From an uncultured Clostridia bacterium (GTDB lineage: Bacteria > Bacillota > Clostridia > TANB77 > CAG-508), in the NCBI GenBank assembly GCA_948805675.1, contig CAQIBN010000001.1:115141-179140 (forward strand): a stretch of DNA of 64,000 nt. Direction: 5' to 3'. Positions within the stretch are counted from its first letter, which is position 1. Every line of letters starts with the position of its first letter. The notes beneath the pieces are model-generated. The model saw only the letters and a list, made by a program, of their open reading frames with translations. It did no database searches and was not told where the DNA came from. Below are positions 1-11,781 of the stretch, in pieces. Made by a program: the position numbers and the translations under genes.

Positions 1-86
1 GAGGTATAGAGCTTTTAATTTTAAGGTTAATAATACCATTTACTGCAATAGGTCTACTATCTAGTAATGGTGGTGCTTTTGCAATA

Positions 87-365
87 GTGGTAAAAAAGTT
101 CTTACAAAATATATGCACAATAATAATTCAATTATTACTAATAACTTTGGCTATGGTTTTAGCTTCAAAAAATCATTTGATTTATGCAATAGCTGTTTGT
201 TTAATATGTAATCAAACACCACAATTCATACAAGAATTTATATTACCAGCACAAGGTTTTGGAGTTGGTAGAAAAGTAAATAGGGCAATAGATACAGTTC
301 ATGATGGATTAGGAGCTGTTGCAACATGGACGTCTATGAAATCTAAAAAAATGTCAAATAAGTAA
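87..365 (+). CDS. small integral membrane protein of the conjugative element
   Basis: 92-aa ORF with two hydrophobic helices; lies in the conjugation gene block. Confidence 0.4.
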   Translation: MVKKFLQNICTIIIQLLLITLAMVLASKNHLIYAIAVCLICNQTPQFIQEFILPAQGFGVGRKVNRAIDTVHDGLGAVATWTSMKSKKMSNK

Positions 366-367
366 GA

Positions 368-1135
368 TTGGAGAAAAAAGTAATGGAATCTAGTAATTTA
401 CAAGCAATTTTAGACTTTCTTTATGCTTTAGGAATTATAGTTTGTGTAATGTCTATTCTTATATCTCTGTTTAAGGGATTAATAAATAATGATGAAATGC
501 CATCACATCTAAAAAAGATAAAAAATTCTTTAGTAGCTGTAGTTTTAATTTTAACTGTTTCAACAACATTTTCAATTATACAAGGATATTTCTTTAATAA
601 TGGAGTTTCTTATACTGATGATACATATTTTGGAATTGGAAAGCTTCCAGAAGGAACAGGATTAGATTTAATAGATGACAATACATCTTTAAATGATAAT
701 GATAAAGAAGGAAGAGAAATAGTTATTATTGATGGAGATAAATATGTTGTAACAAGTAGAGATAAAGAGCTATATGGAAAAAAAGGAGAAAATGGATCAT
801 GGTGTTTTGCAAATATATGGTTTTGGGGTTGTGAAGACATGAAAGTTAGAGTTGACACACTAAAATATTTTAATGACTGTCAAGGTTTTTCAGGAGGTTC
901 AGATTTAACAACAAAGGTTCAATTATATCGAATTCATAAAGAGAGCTATGATACTTTTTCTGGTGTAGACAAAGACGGAAAAAATGGAAAAAAGGTTTCA
1001 GAGTATTTGGGGACAACAGATTTAGAAACATCATCTAACTATTCAAAAAACACAGGATACATTATTAATTGGCATACATATGACCAAGTAAAAAAAGATG
1101 TGGCAAGCGGAGATTGTTATAAATTAGGAATTTAA
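368..1135 (+). CDS. membrane-anchored conjugation-associated protein (TcpC/Orf13-like is a guess)
   Basis: 255-aa ORF with N-terminal TM helix then soluble domain; positioned upstream of the VirB4-like ATPase as in Tcp/Tn916 loci. Confidence 0.45.
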   Translation: MEKKVMESSNLQAILDFLYALGIIVCVMSILISLFKGLINNDEMPSHLKKIKNSLVAVVLILTVSTTFSIIQGYFFNNGVSYTDDTYFGIGKLPEGTGLDLIDDNTSLNDNDKEGREIVIIDGDKYVVTSRDKELYGKKGENGSWCFANIWFWGCEDMKVRVDTLKYFNDCQGFSGGSDLTTKVQLYRIHKESYDTFSGVDKDGKNGKKVSEYLGTTDLETSSNYSKNTGYIINWHTYDQVKKDVASGDCYKLGI

Positions 1136-1148
1136 AGGAGTTTTTACA

Positions 1149-1505
1149 ATGGAAAATCAAATAGAATTTTATATCCCTAAAAATGTTTCAACTAGATTTG
1201 AAATTATAAAGGGAATTGGAATAAGAGAGCTTATTTATACAGGAATAGCAATAGTTATAGGACTAGTTAATTCTATAATATTAAATAGTTTTAATGCAAA
1301 TTTTTTATTATCAGCAGGTATTGTAGCTGTATTGGGTGGAGGAACTTTTATACTTAACATGAAAGATAATAATGATCAATCAGTAATATCAATGGTTAAA
1401 TCAATTATACGATTTTATTCAATACAGAAATTTTACAAATATGAAAGAAAAGATGATATTGAATTTGAGAAATTATTTAATAATGAGAATTTTGCTAAGA
1501 ATTAA
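1149..1505 (+). CDS. small two-TM membrane protein (TcpD/TcpE-like)
   Basis: 118 aa, two TM segments, RBS-like AGGAG upstream. Confidence 0.45.
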   Translation: MENQIEFYIPKNVSTRFEIIKGIGIRELIYTGIAIVIGLVNSIILNSFNANFLLSAGIVAVLGGGTFILNMKDNNDQSVISMVKSIIRFYSIQKFYKYERKDDIEFEKLFNNENFAKN

Positions 1506-1522
1506 TTTTAATAGAAAAAGGG

Positions 1523-2129
1523 GTGAAATATATGTTTTATAAAAGAAAAAGTACAGATAAAAAGTCTTTATCAATAACTGTTAATGAATTTCTAAAAATA
1601 AAGGATATTAGAGAAGATTTTCTATATACAACAGATGGATTTATTTTTACATATATTCAAGTATTTCCACAAAATACCAGACTAAAAACACATAATGAAC
1701 AGAGCTTAATTGCACTTAATTTAGCAAGAGAGCTTTCTACTGAAACAGAAAGCTTCAGTTTATATTTAACAAATAGACCAATTGATGTATCAAAAATGAC
1801 AGATTATCAAGTAGAGCTAATGCAGAAAGAAACTAATACTCAAATTCAAGGATTACTTCAAAAAAGAATTGAAGGGTTAAACATGTTATCAAATACAGGT
1901 ATAGCACTAGAAGAAGAGATATATATAAGAATTTGGGAGAAAGATAAAGATGGAGTAGAAGACAATTTAAATACAAGAAAAAATAGATTATCTCAAGAGT
2001 TATTAAATGCAGGATTTAAAACAAAGTTTTTAACAGAAAAAGATTTGCAACAATTATGTGATAGTTTTACAAATCCTGATACAACAACAGAAGATAGCCA
2101 AGATTACTATAATTTGCGGTATAGAGTAA
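1523..2129 (+). CDS. hypothetical ICE protein
   Basis: Frame-0 ORF 1523..2206 reads through a conserved promoter motif after an in-frame CGG at 2117. A +1 shift there ends the protein at 2129 (..YYNL-G-IE*). Confidence 0.4.
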
Positions 2130-2163
2130 ATTTATATATAATAAGAATTATATTTCAAAAATA

Positions 2164-2207
2164 CTTCAAAATCATTTCATTGTTTTTATTTTTGTCACAG
2201 GTATAAT
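2164..2207 (+). promoter_or_regulatory. conserved ICE promoter motif 1 (TTCAAAATCATTTCATTGTTTTT, 16 nt, TATAAT)
   Basis: Identical 23-mer at 5388 and 11782, each followed 16 nt later by TATAAT. Confidence 0.55.
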
Positions 2208-2230
2208 TAGAGTATGGATAAGTATAGAAA

Positions 2231-2267
2231 AGAGAGCAGGAATTTAAATTTTCCTTCTCTCTTTTTT
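2231..2267 (+). terminator. rho-independent terminator
   Basis: AGAGAGCAGGAA-TTTAAATT-TTCCTTCTCTCT plus TTTTTT. Confidence 0.6.
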
Positions 2268-2296
2268 CGTAGCAAAAAACAAGGAGGAAAAGATAG

Positions 2297-4125
2297 ATGA
2301 ATAAAAGACAAATTGAAGCAATGTGTGTAAATGAAAAATTACTGGAGCTAATAGCACCTCAAAATCTAAAAATAAAAAGAGATATTGTTGAAACAGGAGA
2401 TAAAATATCAAGAATTTATTTTATAAGTTCATATCCTGAAAAGCCAAATCTTGGGTGGATTTCGACAATTGCAAATACTAAAAATACAGTTATTTCAATA
2501 TATGTAAACCCCGTAGACCCTCAAGCTTTTCTTGATGGACTAAAAAAGGGAACAAATTCAGATAAGAATATTTACAATACAACAAGAGATGAAGTTGAAA
2601 AAATAAGAGCAGAAGCAAGATATAAATCATCTATAAGAATTATTGAAGATATAGAAAATAATAACAATTCTTATGTATATGTTTCAATTTTAGCTCAGGT
2701 ATCTGGGATTAATGAAAATGACTTAGAGAATAATTGTAAATTATTTAAAAATAGAGTAGCAGGGTTAGGATTAAGAGTTCGTAGTCTAGCTTTTAACATG
2801 GATAAAGCATATAGACAAGTTGCACCATTTGGTATGCAGGATAAAGAGTTATTTAAAATATCAAAAAGAAATATGCAAGTAGCAACATTAATGGCAGGAC
2901 AACCATTTAGTGGCTCTGGATTTGCAGACAGGACAGGTTATTATTTGGGAGCAGATGAATCTGGAAGAATGATTGCAATAGACCCATTTTATAAATCAGC
3001 AGATAGAACTAACTCTAATTTTGCAGTAGTTGGTCAATCTGGTGGTGGAAAGTCTTATGCAGTAAAAAAAATGCTATTAAATGAATATGTATCAGGGACT
3101 AAAATTGCGATTATAGATCCAGAAAATGAATATAAAGATATGTGTAAAAATATTGAAGGTTCAAAATGGATAGATTGTTCTGGTGGTATTGGTGAAAATG
3201 TAGGAAGAATAAATCCACTTCAAGTTTATAATCTAGCAACTATTGATTTAGAAGATGAGGAAACAGGAGAAGGAAAAAAGTCAGCTTTGGCATTACATTT
3301 TCAAAATTTAGGAACATTTTTTAGCTTATATTTTAAAAATCAATTATCAGTAAGAATAACAGCAATTCTTAACGAAACATTAGAAGAACTTTATAGAAAT
3401 TTTAATATAACATGGGAAACTGATACATCACTATTGAAAAATAAAGATTTCCCAATTATGCAAGATTTATATAGTTTACTTATAGAAAAACAAATAAAAA
3501 GCATAGGTAACAAAAAAGAAGATTATGAAAATTTAGCTTCTATTATAAGAGAACTTGCAATTCGGAGCAGATTCACAAATGTTTAATGGTTATACAACTA
3601 TTGAAGATGACTCAAAATTTATGGTATTGGATACATCTAATATGGAAGGAAGTAAGGAGAATGTAAAAAGCTGTCAATATTTCGATATGCTTAGATTTTG
3701 CCAAAATTCAGCATTTAAAGATAGAAATGAAAGATTTATGGTTGTAGCAGATGAAAGTTATCTACTATTAGACCCAAAAGTGCCACAAGGATTAGAATTT
3801 TTAAGGAATTTCAGCAAAAGAGCAAGAAAATATAATTGTTCTTTAGTAGTTATTACACAATCAATAGTAGACTTTTTAGTAGAGAATATTAAACAGTATG
3901 GACAAGCTCTTTTCGATAATTCTACATATAAGTTATTCTTTCGGAATGGACGGAAAGAACTTACAACAAGCAAAGGAATTATGGGGATTAACAACTGAAG
4001 AAACAAACCTTTTATCAAGTAAAATTAAAGGTCAATGTTTATTGTTTATAGGATCTTCTCGTATACTTTGTAGAATTAAAGCACAGAGATGGGAAAAAAC
4101 TTTTTTAACAGGTGGAGGAAGGTAA
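2297..4125 (+). CDS. VirB4/TcpF/Tn916-Orf16-like conjugative ATPase; frame interrupted twice at in-frame CGG codons
   Basis: Walker A VVGQSGGGKSY and C-terminal LVVITQS block. Three ORF pieces (2297..3586, 3555..3998, 3898..4125) are joined by +1 shifts at CGG 3563 and 3945. Confidence 0.8.
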
Positions 4126-4144
4126 AGGGAAAGAGGTAGTAGTT

Positions 4145-4864
4145 ATGGAATTTACACCTATGTTTTATATAAGAAACTATAAATATTTAGTTAGAAAACG
4201 TATAAGATACAAAATTGTAATAGGAGTTTCAATATTTTTAATCATACTGACAGCATATTACATTATTGATGGTTATGATTCTAATTCTAGCAATAAAGTA
4301 AACAGTAGTCAAACAACTACAGAAAATTCAGAAGAGACTACTGAAAATATAAATCATGAGAAAGAACAAGACCTGCAAAACATAGAGCATACTAATTATG
4401 AAAATATGATATATAAAGGTGGTATTTTACCATTACCATTTCCACAAGATTATGCAATTTTAACATCACCATTTAATCCACAAAGGAAACACCCTATATC
4501 AGGTGTAATTAAACCTCATAAGGGTGTTGATGTTGTAGGCAAAAAAGGTACACAGATTTTAGCTGTAGCAGATGGAAAAGTAACTGTATCAAGTTTTGAT
4601 TCTGGTGGATATGGAAATTGGGTTGAAATAGAGCATAACCTAAACGGAAAAGTGATAAGAACTAGATATGGACATATGAGAGATAAGCCACTTGTAAAAG
4701 TTGGTGAAGAGATTAAAGCAGGTACAGTAATTGGTGTACAAGGTCAAACAGGAGGAGCAACAGGTGAACACTTACATTTTGAAGTAAGAGTGAATAGTAC
4801 AGCTGTAAATCCTTTACCATATTTGCTTGGAAGAGATACTATCGAAACATATAAGCAATGGTAA
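4145..4864 (+). CDS. M23 family peptidase (conjugation peptidoglycan hydrolase, TcpG-like role)
   Basis: TM anchor, then M23 motifs HKGVD..., GYGNWVEIEH and GATGEHLHFE; RBS GAAAGAGG before ATG 4145. Confidence 0.8.
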   Translation: MEFTPMFYIRNYKYLVRKRIRYKIVIGVSIFLIILTAYYIIDGYDSNSSNKVNSSQTTTENSEETTENINHEKEQDLQNIEHTNYENMIYKGGILPLPFPQDYAILTSPFNPQRKHPISGVIKPHKGVDVVGKKGTQILAVADGKVTVSSFDSGGYGNWVEIEHNLNGKVIRTRYGHMRDKPLVKVGEEIKAGTVIGVQGQTGGATGEHLHFEVRVNSTAVNPLPYLLGRDTIETYKQW

Positions 4865-4876
4865 AAAGGGGGATTT

Positions 4877-5128
4877 ATGAAAAATAGAAATAATAATGAA
4901 GAAATAATAAAAATAATTATACTTGCAATAATAATAGCTTTTCTTATTATATTTGCCATTATAGTACATAAAAATTATGATTTTAATTTAGAAAAGAAAA
5001 ATGTAATTATTAATGCAAATGATTTTCTAATGGAGAGATTAGATGAAAATAAAATACAGCAAATTCAAGGAACTGACGGAGTTTATTACTACGAAATGGA
5101 AGATTATGGCGATTTTCAATTAGATTAG
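4877..5128 (+). CDS. small membrane protein
   Basis: 83 aa, one TM helix, RBS GGGGGA upstream. Confidence 0.4.
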   Translation: MKNRNNNEEIIKIIILAIIIAFLIIFAIIVHKNYDFNLEKKNVIINANDFLMERLDENKIQQIQGTDGVYYYEMEDYGDFQLD

Positions 5129-5141
5129 AGGAGAATGTGTT

Positions 5142-5360
5142 ATGAAAGATAAAACAACTATAACAAAAATCGTGATAATACTATTGTTAATTATAATTTT
5201 ATCAGTTATATCAATAGTAACAAAAAAACATATAAGAGAGCAGAAAATAGAAGAAAATCAAGTTATTGAAAATAATCTAAAAGTGGATTATGCCCCTATA
5301 GAAAATATAAAATATATTGACGAATTGCAAAAGCAAATTTATTTAGATTCAATTAAATAA
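5142..5360 (+). CDS. small membrane protein
   Basis: 72 aa, N-terminal TM helix. Confidence 0.4.
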   Translation: MKDKTTITKIVIILLLIIILSVISIVTKKHIREQKIEENQVIENNLKVDYAPIENIKYIDELQKQIYLDSIK

Positions 5361-5387
5361 TGAGGTATAAGAATATTTCAAAAAGTC

Positions 5388-5430
5388 TTCAAAATCATTT
5401 CATTGTTTTTAAAATGAAAGAAGTTATAAT
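5388..5430 (+). promoter_or_regulatory. conserved ICE promoter motif 2
   Basis: TTCAAAATCATTTCATTGTTTTT, 16 nt, TATAAT; upstream of 5510 operon. Confidence 0.55.
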
Positions 5431-5509
5431 TATAGTATATAATTTAATTAGTTTTATCGGGAAGAAAGCAAGTATATAAGCTTTCTTCCTTTTTTGGAAA
5501 GGAGAGTTT

Positions 5510-6724
5510 ATGGAAGATGAAAATAATTTAAATGTAAATATAGAACAAGAAGATGTGAAAAAGAAAATCAAAAAGCTTATCTATGTAGGAAAATCAAGAA
5601 ATGATATGCTGGAAACTATTGTCGCAGAACAAAACATAGTTATTATTACAAGACTTTTAAACGAATATAACATTACAGATATATTTAGAGAAGATTTAAG
5701 AGCAATTAATAATATTGACTATTTAGTATTGGATTTATCAGCATTTGTAAATTCTTCTACTAATGAAGAAATACTAAAAAACTTAGATAAATTAAGAGGA
5801 AATTTTGACTTCAAAATTATAATAATTGCTTCAGGATTTAGAAGAGGTAATGAACTATTAGCACAATGTTTTTATATGGGAATTTATAACTTAGTAACAG
5901 CACAAAGTGATATACAAATGTATGACCAGTTAAAAATATGTTTATCAAATAAAGGAATGAGTTATGCACAAGCAAGTCAATATAGATTGGATATGTTACC
6001 TCAAAAGTCTTCTAGTAAGTCTGTAATAAAAACTGAGTTCAAAAAAGTAAAACAAGACGTGACGGTTGGTGTTTTGGGTATTACAAGACATATTGGAACT
6101 ACTACTTGGGCTATAAATTTATTACAGTTCTTTAATGAAATACCAAACGTAAAAGCATGTTTAATTGAAACTAATAAACACAACGATATAAGTGATTTAT
6201 CTGAATTAACAGAAGTAAATAAGATGGGAATAGAGCATTTTCCATTAGCAGGAGAAATACGAATTAATGGCATGGAGATGTTTTATGACTTATCTAAAAT
6301 TGGAGATATTACAGCTCAGAAATATAACTTTTATGTATATGATTTTGGAGAAACAGCAGAATTAACAGATATGGAACTTGCTTCATTTTTAAATAAAGAT
6401 ATTAAATTTATAGTTTTAGGAACGTGTCCATGGGAATATAAGTATATCTCTAATACTTTTGAAAAGTTAAGAATTTCTAAAGAGCAAGATAGATTGTATT
6501 TTATCTATAATTTTGTGAAAAAAGAAGAACAGAAAGAAATTCGCTCACAAATGGGAAAGTTTAATGTCTATTTTAACGAATATCAACCAGATCCGTTTCA
6601 ATTAAAGTCAAAAGAATATTTAGAAGAAATTTTACGAAGATATTTATCTAATTCATATTTTGAAGAAGAAAGCAAAAAGAAAAATAAATTTAATTTAAAA
6701 AGATTATTAAAAAGTAGAAAGTAG
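5510..6724 (+). CDS. hypothetical ICE protein; possibly TadZ/CpaE-like (receiver-like N-domain plus degenerate ParA/MinD-like fold)
   Basis: 404 aa; segment VGVLGITRHIGTTTW resembles a deviant P-loop; preceded by the conserved ICE promoter motif at 5388. Confidence 0.35.
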   Translation: MEDENNLNVNIEQEDVKKKIKKLIYVGKSRNDMLETIVAEQNIVIITRLLNEYNITDIFREDLRAINNIDYLVLDLSAFVNSSTNEEILKNLDKLRGNFDFKIIIIASGFRRGNELLAQCFYMGIYNLVTAQSDIQMYDQLKICLSNKGMSYAQASQYRLDMLPQKSSSKSVIKTEFKKVKQDVTVGVLGITRHIGTTTWAINLLQFFNEIPNVKACLIETNKHNDISDLSELTEVNKMGIEHFPLAGEIRINGMEMFYDLSKIGDITAQKYNFYVYDFGETAELTDMELASFLNKDIKFIVLGTCPWEYKYISNTFEKLRISKEQDRLYFIYNFVKKEEQKEIRSQMGKFNVYFNEYQPDPFQLKSKEYLEEILRRYLSNSYFEEESKKKNKFNLKRLLKSRK

Positions 6725-6737
6725 AGGTTACAGAATT

Positions 6738-7028
6738 ATGAAGGCTAATAAAAAAGGATTTTATGAAAGATATAAGCATGAGCAAAAAGCTAAAGAAAAA
6801 GAACAAAAAATTAAAGAGAAATATAATATTAGTGATGAAAAGACAATTGTTATTGAACAAAAAACTAAGATTGATAAAGCTCTATCTAATTTATTTAAAT
6901 TTATAATGATAATACTAAAAATCATTATATACATGGGGATTTTTATATTATCAAGTATTGGAGCAACAATATTAATGAATGAGGCTCTAAGAACAACATT
7001 TTTTGAACTATTAAATACAATAATGTAG
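6738..7028 (+). CDS. small Lys-rich protein with C-terminal TM helix
   Basis: 96-aa ORF. Confidence 0.35.
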   Translation: MKANKKGFYERYKHEQKAKEKEQKIKEKYNISDEKTIVIEQKTKIDKALSNLFKFIMIILKIIIYMGIFILSSIGATILMNEALRTTFFELLNTIM

Positions 7029-7052
7029 CAAGTATGGAAAGGTAGTTAAATC

Positions 7053-8069
7053 ATGAAAAATAGAATAAAAATTGGATTTATTATAAGTCTTACAATTATA
7101 TTACTAAATATTAGTATAACAGTTTTTGCACAAGATACAATTACAAAGATGATAGAAACTAGGGAAACAATAGATGTTAATTCTTTTGAACAAGAGTTAG
7201 AAGAAAATGGAACAACTTATATTTATAGTGGATATGAGAAAATTAATACTATTCCAGAAACAAAGGAGCAAGTTTATACTTCTGAAGAGAGAATAGTAAA
7301 TTCAAATACAAAAGAATATTTAGATTCACAATTTGAAAGTACATATTTTTATGAAGATGAAACATTTAAAGGAGATTTAAAATTAAAGGATTATAATGTT
7401 CAAGAAATGGATAATGGCTATCAAGAAATAATTGATAGTAAATATATATATTACAATAATCTTCCTTCAAATGATTTAGAACAAATTGATAAAACTAGGG
7501 TAATCCAAGGAAAAGAATATGTACTTATAAATGTAAATTGGTCAGCAAGTAACAGTTTGTATATTGATGAAACTAAAGTTCCAATAGAATATAATGGAAA
7601 AGCTTTATATCAGTGTGTAATAAAAGAAAATAATCCAAAAACATATAAAGTACAAGCTATATATGAAGGAAAAGTAACATCTAAGATTGTTAATTTAAGC
7701 TATTTATTAACATATACAGAAGTCGAAAATGAAGAGCCTATCATAGAGAAAGAAGAAAATCATATAATACCTATTCTAATAATTACAGGAGGTCTTATCA
7801 CTATTGGAAATTTGAAATTGCTAACTAGCAAAAATGCTACTATTTATAATTTACAAAAAGATACTCTAGTTAAATTGAAAGCTAAAAGAATAAAAGAAGG
7901 GTCTGTAATAGATTTAACAAATTGTCAAAATATTAATGGTAATAATTTTGTTCTAGTAATAAAAGATTCAAGTTATTCAAAATTGAGAGGAAAAAAAGTT
8001 CTTATTCAGTTAAATAATCAAAGAAAAGAACTTGTATTATTATCACATAAAATAGGCTTTAAATTTTAA
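7053..8069 (+). CDS. secreted, membrane-anchored protein of the ICE
   Basis: Signal peptide, 338 aa, internal hydrophobic anchor; no C-terminal LPXTG. Confidence 0.5.
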   Translation: MKNRIKIGFIISLTIILLNISITVFAQDTITKMIETRETIDVNSFEQELEENGTTYIYSGYEKINTIPETKEQVYTSEERIVNSNTKEYLDSQFESTYFYEDETFKGDLKLKDYNVQEMDNGYQEIIDSKYIYYNNLPSNDLEQIDKTRVIQGKEYVLINVNWSASNSLYIDETKVPIEYNGKALYQCVIKENNPKTYKVQAIYEGKVTSKIVNLSYLLTYTEVENEEPIIEKEENHIIPILIITGGLITIGNLKLLTSKNATIYNLQKDTLVKLKAKRIKEGSVIDLTNCQNINGNNFVLVIKDSSYSKLRGKKVLIQLNNQRKELVLLSHKIGFKF

Positions 8070-8087
8070 TATGGAGGTCTTAAAGAA

Positions 8088-8675
8088 ATGAGGAAATATT
8101 TAGAAAGAAAAATTATTTTAAGTAATATCTTGATAGTTTCTATTATATTTGCTTTCATACTTTGTGTTAAATTTGATAGAAACTTATATGTTGGAGCTAA
8201 TGAAGTTGCTCCGACAATAGATGTTAAAGAAATTACTATAAATGATGAGATTATAGATAATGTGGAAATAAAATATAATTGGCAAATCGCAATTCCAAAA
8301 ATAAATTTAATTGCACCTATAAGCGAAGGATCAGATATTGTTACACTAAGAAATAATGTGGGACATATAACAGGAACAGGACTAAGTAAAGGTAATATAT
8401 CATTAGCAGGACATACAAATACAGCTAATTATAAAAATGGAATTTTTTATTTTGATAGAATTAATGAATTAGATGTAGCAGATATGGTTTATTATAGAAT
8501 AAATAATCAGGACTACATTTTCAAAGTGGAAAATAAAAAAGTAGTTTCTGAAAATGATTTATCAGTATTAGGTGAATCAGAAGAAAATAAATTGACTCTA
8601 ATTACTTGTATAGAAGGGCAACGCAGAAATAGATTAATTGTTATTTGTACTGAATATGAAAATATAAAGATTTAA
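8088..8675 (+). CDS. sortase (SrtA-like)
   Basis: ISLAGHT His motif, LTLITC Cys motif and downstream RNRLIV Arg, matching the S. aureus SrtA pattern. Confidence 0.8.
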   Translation: MRKYLERKIILSNILIVSIIFAFILCVKFDRNLYVGANEVAPTIDVKEITINDEIIDNVEIKYNWQIAIPKINLIAPISEGSDIVTLRNNVGHITGTGLSKGNISLAGHTNTANYKNGIFYFDRINELDVADMVYYRINNQDYIFKVENKKVVSENDLSVLGESEENKLTLITCIEGQRRNRLIVICTEYENIKI

Positions 8676-8696
8676 GTAAAGGAATGGTGAATATAA

Positions 8697-10980
8697 ATGA
8701 GAATTAGTAAAACAGCACTTTTTTATACAATATTTTTTATAATTACAATTATAATTTCTACATCATTATCGATACTTTTAGCTAATATTCTAAGTCTTGT
8801 TTATAGTCCTAATCCACAAGATATTTTAACATTAAATGTAGATTTTATGATACATAGGCTTTTTACTGAAAAAGCAGTAAATCAAATGTTTTGGATAATA
8901 CTAGCAATGTTTGGATTGTTATTGTTTATTTCAAATTATAAAAGATGGTTTGGATTAAAAGATTATAAATCAAATGTTTATAAAGTAACTAGTGATATAG
9001 AAATCCCAGTACCTATAGGGAATAAACAAACGCAACAAGGTTCGAGTTGGTGGCTTTCACCTAAAGAATATCCAAAAGTTTTTAATGTTAATACGATTGA
9101 TTCTGAAAACGAAACAATAAAAAAGTTATTACATAATGCAGATGAAGAAACTAAAGCAATTAAAAACATTGAAATTCCACATATAGTTATTGATGAAAAA
9201 GAAAAAATAGATGAATCTAAACTAAAAATACTAATAAATGATGAATTCTCCAGATTATCAAAAGAGAAAATTACTGAAAATGAATCAAGAATTTTTAATA
9301 AAGGTGGGATTGTTCTTGGTAGACAAGAAAGAAGAGTATTTAATATAACACAAAAATTTCCATTTATTAAATCAAGAAAAGTGGAAGATATATATTATGT
9401 AGGAGATAATGTTCACACATTAACAGTTGGAGCGACTAGATCAGGTAAAACAAGATGTCAAGTTATAGAAAGTATATACAATTGTGGACTGGCAGGTGAA
9501 TCGATGATTTTGAGTGACCCAAAGCGGAGAGCTTTTTGAATATACATCTGGAGGATTGAAACAATTGGGATACAACGTCGTTACCCTTGATTTTAAAAAT
9601 CCTATGCGTAGTTCTTGTTATAACTTTTTACAGCCTGTTATTGATGAAATAAGAAGAGGAAATATCGCACAAGCTCAAAATAAAGCTTCTGATATTTGTG
9701 AAAGTTTAGTAGGAGAGGCTAAGCGGAGAAAAAATCTGGAATGATGGGGAGAAAAGTACTATAAAAACTGGTATTATGGCTATTTGTATGGAGGCTCCAG
9801 AAGAATATAAAAATATAGCAAATGTGTATTACTTTTTAAGTACAATGTGTAAAGAGCAAAAAGATGGCTCAATGCTTATGGATAAATTCTTAGAGGATAT
9901 AAGAATTGGTACAATGGGAAAAGAACCAAATCCAAATCATCCAGCTATTGCTTCATTTGCTCCTGCAAGTATAGCACCATCAAAAACTAGAGCAAGTTTC
10001 TTTACATCGGCACTTAATAGTTTGGTTTTATTTAGTGATGAATATATAGCAAGTATGACAAGTAAAACTGAAATAAGAGCAGAGGACTTAGCAAATAAGA
10101 AGACAGTACTTTATATGATTCTACCAGATGAAAAACTTACTTTTTATTCCCTATGCTCTTTGTTTGTAAATCAAATATATCAGCAACTTGTCAATATAGC
10201 AGATAGTAATGGTGGAGCATTAAAAAATAGAGTAAATTTTATACTAGATGAGTTTCGGCAATTTTTCGGCAATACCTAACTTTGGTGGATTCTTAACAGT
10301 TGGAGGAGGAAGAAAAATAAGATTCAATTTATTTTTACAATCTTTTTCACAGCTTAATAGTAAATATGATGAAAATACAGCACAAAATATCTTAGATAAT
10401 TGCCATATATGGTGTTATCTAAAGACTTCTAATGATACAACAGCTGAAAAGATAAGTAAAAAATTGCGGTACATATACTTGTAGTTCTTATAGCGAAAGT
10501 AATTCAGGAAACATTGGAGGTTCTTCTGTAAATAGAAGTAAATCTATGAATTTAATACAAAGAGCATTACTTACACCTGCTGAAGTTTTAAGAATTAATA
10601 GACCATATTTATTAGTAATGTTTTCTGGAGTAAATCCTGCAATGACAAAAGCACCAGATCTATCAAAGTGGCTATTTAATAGACTTCTATCATTAGGAAA
10701 TGAAAGCTTTTGTACTAAAGTTCGTATAATAAGAGAAACAGCAAGAGAAGAGCGAACTAATACATTAATTCCAATATGGGATGTCAATAAAGAGCTAAAA
10801 AATAGCTTATATAAACAAAAAGAAAAGCAAGAAAGTGAGCTAAAAAAAATACAAGAAGAAAAACAAAGCAAGATGGAAGAAATAAAATTCGGTCATAGAG
10901 CTCCAATCATGGAATATAATCAAGATCAAATTTACGAAGATATTGAAATGCAAAGAAAATATGGAAATGTTGACAGTTAA
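8697..10980 (+). CDS. type IV coupling protein (VirD4/TraG/TcpA-like); frame interrupted four times at in-frame CGG codons
   Basis: N-terminal TM helices, Walker A GATRSGKT, Walker B ILDEF-G-N. Five ORF pieces are joined by +1 shifts at CGG 9525, 9724, 10256 and 10467. Confidence 0.8.
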
Positions 10981-11035
10981 AAAAAGTAATTATACAAAAA
11001 GCAATAGGAATTATAATTGTACCTATTGCTTTATT

Positions 11036-11371
11036 TTATTCATCATCTAAAGTATATTTAATAGCCATATTTACTAATTTTTGTATTGATATATCATATT
11101 TAGCTCTCATTTCCTCTAATTTATCCCACATAGATTGTCTTAATCTAATAGAAGATTTTACTGTAATTTCATTTTCGGATTTTTTATAATAAACTATCTT
11201 ATTACCTTTGATTTCAAAGTTTTCTACACAAGAATCAACTAGTTTACTAATTGAGGTATCTAGCTCATTTTCAGAAATATATTTTAATTTACTATATAAG
11301 TCATTTTCAATTTGAATAGTTCTGTAAGTCCACTCTTGTTTTTCGTAAAATCTATAAAATGCTTTATTCAT
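11036..11371 (-). CDS. hypothetical regulatory protein (RHH-like C-terminus?)
   Basis: 111-aa ORF on minus strand at the start of the ICE regulatory module. Confidence 0.4.
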   Translation of the reverse strand: MNKAFYRFYEKQEWTYRTIQIENDLYSKLKYISENELDTSISKLVDSCVENFEIKGNKIVYYKKSENEITVKSSIRLRQSMWDKLEEMRAKYDISIQKLVNMAIKYTLDDE

Positions 11372-11508
11372 AAGAACACCTCTTAATTTATTTATCTATT
11401 ATTAATTATGGATTATATTTAAATTTTAATTCAAATATAACCTTTATTAATAAATACAATAATCCACCGTTGACTGTGGTTTGAATAGGTAGTATAATAT
11501 AAGAGGGA

Positions 11509-11751
11509 GTGGGGAATATGTATACTAATAAAAATGAACAAGCTAATATAGACTTTAATATTCCTTATTATGTGTTCGAGGAATTAGCTGAATATATAGA
11601 TTTAACAGCTAGAGGAAGATGTAAATCGGCTAAATGGGAAAATATTAAAAGTTTATTAAATTTAGCTATACGAAACAAAAGATTAAGTAAAGAGCAAGCA
11701 GAAATTATAGAAAAAACTTATTGTAAAGAGAAAATATCACTTATTCATTAG
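11509..11751 (+). CDS. hypothetical protein
   Basis: 80-aa ORF with RBS GGGAGTGGGG upstream. Confidence 0.4.
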   Translation: MGNMYTNKNEQANIDFNIPYYVFEELAEYIDLTARGRCKSAKWENIKSLLNLAIRNKRLSKEQAEIIEKTYCKEKISLIH

Positions 11752-11781
11752 AGTAAGTGATATTTTTCGTTTCAAAAACGT

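Noticed and set aside
610-858. Minus-strand track ORFs antisense to clear genes (610..858, 3758..4018, 6001..6273, 8978..9169, 10488..10871, 16215..17606 group, 19055..19249, 19959..20431, 41189..42296, 42529..43266, 43665..43945, 44208..45074, 47920..48201)
   Set aside because: Low-complexity, hydrophobic translations of AT-rich antisense strands overlapping well-supported genes; no RBS support.
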